A program made the translations under genes and the position numbers. Under the pieces are notes generated by a model. It did no database searches, was not told the DNA's origin, and saw only the letters and a list, made by a program, of their open reading frames with translations. A stretch of 64,000 bases of DNA from Gemmatimonadota bacterium (GTDB taxonomy: Bacteria > Gemmatimonadota > Gemmatimonadetes > Gemmatimonadales > GWC2-71-9), in NCBI GenBank assembly GCA_039588255.1, contig JBDHAF010000008.1, positions 7,102-71,101 on the forward strand, read 5' to 3'. This document shows positions 62,643 to 64,000 of the stretch, piece by piece (position 1 is the stretch's first letter; each line of letters starts with the position of its first letter).

Positions 62643-64000
62643 ATGGACCGCAGCACTCTCCTCGCGATCTCGCTCATCTTGATCGTCCTGATCTTACCGA
62701 CGCTGATCTTCGCGCCGGCGCCGGCGCCGGCGCCGCCCGCCACGGTCGCGGAGCCGGTGGACTCCCAAGCCGCCCCCCAGGTTGGCGTGGCTGCCCCGGA
62801 GCTGGATCTGCCCAGGCCAGCGGTGGTGGACTCGACGCCGGCGGAGGTGCCGGTGTCGGACCCCGTCGTGACGCAGCCGGTCGTGGTGGCGTCGCCCCTC
62901 TATCGCTTCTCGTTTTCCCCCGTGGGGGCCCGGCTTGTGGGCGCCGAGCTCCTCGAGTATCGCTCGTTTACGGCAGGCGATAGCGGAGTTGCCCAGCTGA
63001 TTCCCACCGAATCGGGCTTTCTGAGCTACCGGTTGGTGTTCGGCGACGACACGGTATCACTTGCCGACTGGCACTTCGAGCCGTCCGCCGAACGGGTGGA
63101 CGTGGGATCGGGTGGGGCGTCCCTCACCTGGGTCGCCCGACGGGGCCCCGCCACGATCCGTGTCACGTATTCCTTCCGTCCGGACGACTATCGCTTCGAC
63201 GTCCGGGGCGAGTTCGAGGGAATCCCGTCGAGTGGCGTGGTGATCGTGGGGATGGGGCCGAGGCTGCGGTCCACGGACTCCGACTCCATCGTGGACTTTC
63301 GGTCGTACGGCCTCGTGACCAAGAATCGCTCCACCGACAAGCTCAAGTTCACGTCACTCAATTTGGGGGAATCCCGCTCCCTGGCGGGCCCGTTCGAGTG
63401 GGTGGCGATCAAGTCGAAGTATTTTCTCGCCGCCATCCTTGCAGTGCAGGAAGGTCAGCCGCAATTCGGTGGGGCGCAGGCAACCGGTGGCCCGCGGACC
63501 CAGGCTCGAACCAAAGGGTTCCTCGTTGGGATTGCGAGGCGGGACGTGTCGGCGGCCACGGAGATGAACGTGCTGGCGTCGCTGCCGGTGCCGGCAGGGA
63601 GCTTTGGCTTCTCCATGTACGTCGGTCCCCAGGAGTACCGGCGCCTCTCGCAAATCGGTCATGAGCTCGAGGATGTGAACCCCTATGGGTGGATCCTCCG
63701 GCCGATCATCGGACCCCTGTCGATCATCGTCGTGCGGCTTCTGCTGTGGATGCACGAAACGCTGAATCTGGCGTACGGGTGGGTGTTGGTGCTCTTCGGC
63801 GTGGCGATCCGTCTGGCCCTGTGGCCGCTGAACCAGAAGGCGATGCGCTCGCAGATGGCGATGCAGGCGCTCCAGCCCGAGATGAAGGCCATTCAGGAGC
63901 GGTACAAGAACGACCGGGCGAAGCTGCAACAGGAGATGATGAAGCTGTACAAGCATCATGGTGCCAGCCCCCTCGGCGGGTGCCTGCCGATTCTGCTGCA
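62643..64000 (+). CDS. yidC: membrane protein insertase YidC (runs off the window)
   Basis: MDRSTLLAI N-terminus, YVGPQEY, YGW, MQALQPEMKAIQERYK, PLGGCLP; position after yidD. Confidence 0.95.
   Translation, partial: MDRSTLLAISLILIVLILPTLIFAPAPAPAPPATVAEPVDSQAAPQVGVAAPELDLPRPAVVDSTPAEVPVSDPVVTQPVVVASPLYRFSFSPVGARLVGAELLEYRSFTAGDSGVAQLIPTESGFLSYRLVFGDDTVSLADWHFEPSAERVDVGSGGASLTWVARRGPATIRVTYSFRPDDYRFDVRGEFEGIPSSGVVIVGMGPRLRSTDSDSIVDFRSYGLVTKNRSTDKLKFTSLNLGESRSLAGPFEWVAIKSKYFLAAILAVQEGQPQFGGAQATGGPRTQARTKGFLVGIARRDVSAATEMNVLASLPVPAGSFGFSMYVGPQEYRRLSQIGHELEDVNPYGWILRPIIGPLSIIVVRLLLWMHETLNLAYGWVLVLFGVAIRLALWPLNQKAMRSQMAMQALQPEMKAIQERYKNDRAKLQQEMMKLYKHHGASPLGGCLPILL

Noticed and set aside
62712-62735. 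GCGCCG tandem repeat
   Set aside because: Encodes an Ala-Pro linker in YidC

Overview
GC-rich bacterial chromosomal window. Gene content suggests Gemmatimonadota (inference). It spans the replication origin region at its right end (yidC-yidD-rnpA-rpmH / dnaA-oriC-dnaN) and is mostly housekeeping: rsgA, proline dehydrogenase, fadIJ, glpD, queG, an mnmG-parS-parA-parB-M23-bactofilin locus, a sufR-sufBCDSU-Rieske operon, three Ser/Thr kinases, Fpg/Tag glycosylases, TPP riboswitch-thiC, rnd, MMPL, polA, csp, slt, pyrE, an MCP and RNase P RNA. I found no CRISPR, tRNA/rRNA, integrase or transposase. The most unusual signals are: (i) helically phased cis-elements, namely 11-bp-period TGT arrays, four parS/parS-like sites at an exact 33-bp period, and a recurring 25-bp TAA-N4-TT-N7-AA-N4-TTA dyad; (ii) an LptB-like ATPase coupled to a tiny ~106-aa membrane protein; (iii) a 12-residue in-frame deletion in SufC and a truncated antisense csaA; (iv) several genes that appear to need non-canonical start codons; (v) an orphan anti-sigma-like gene behind a palindrome-rich spacer. 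All family calls come from motif recognition by eye, not database searches.
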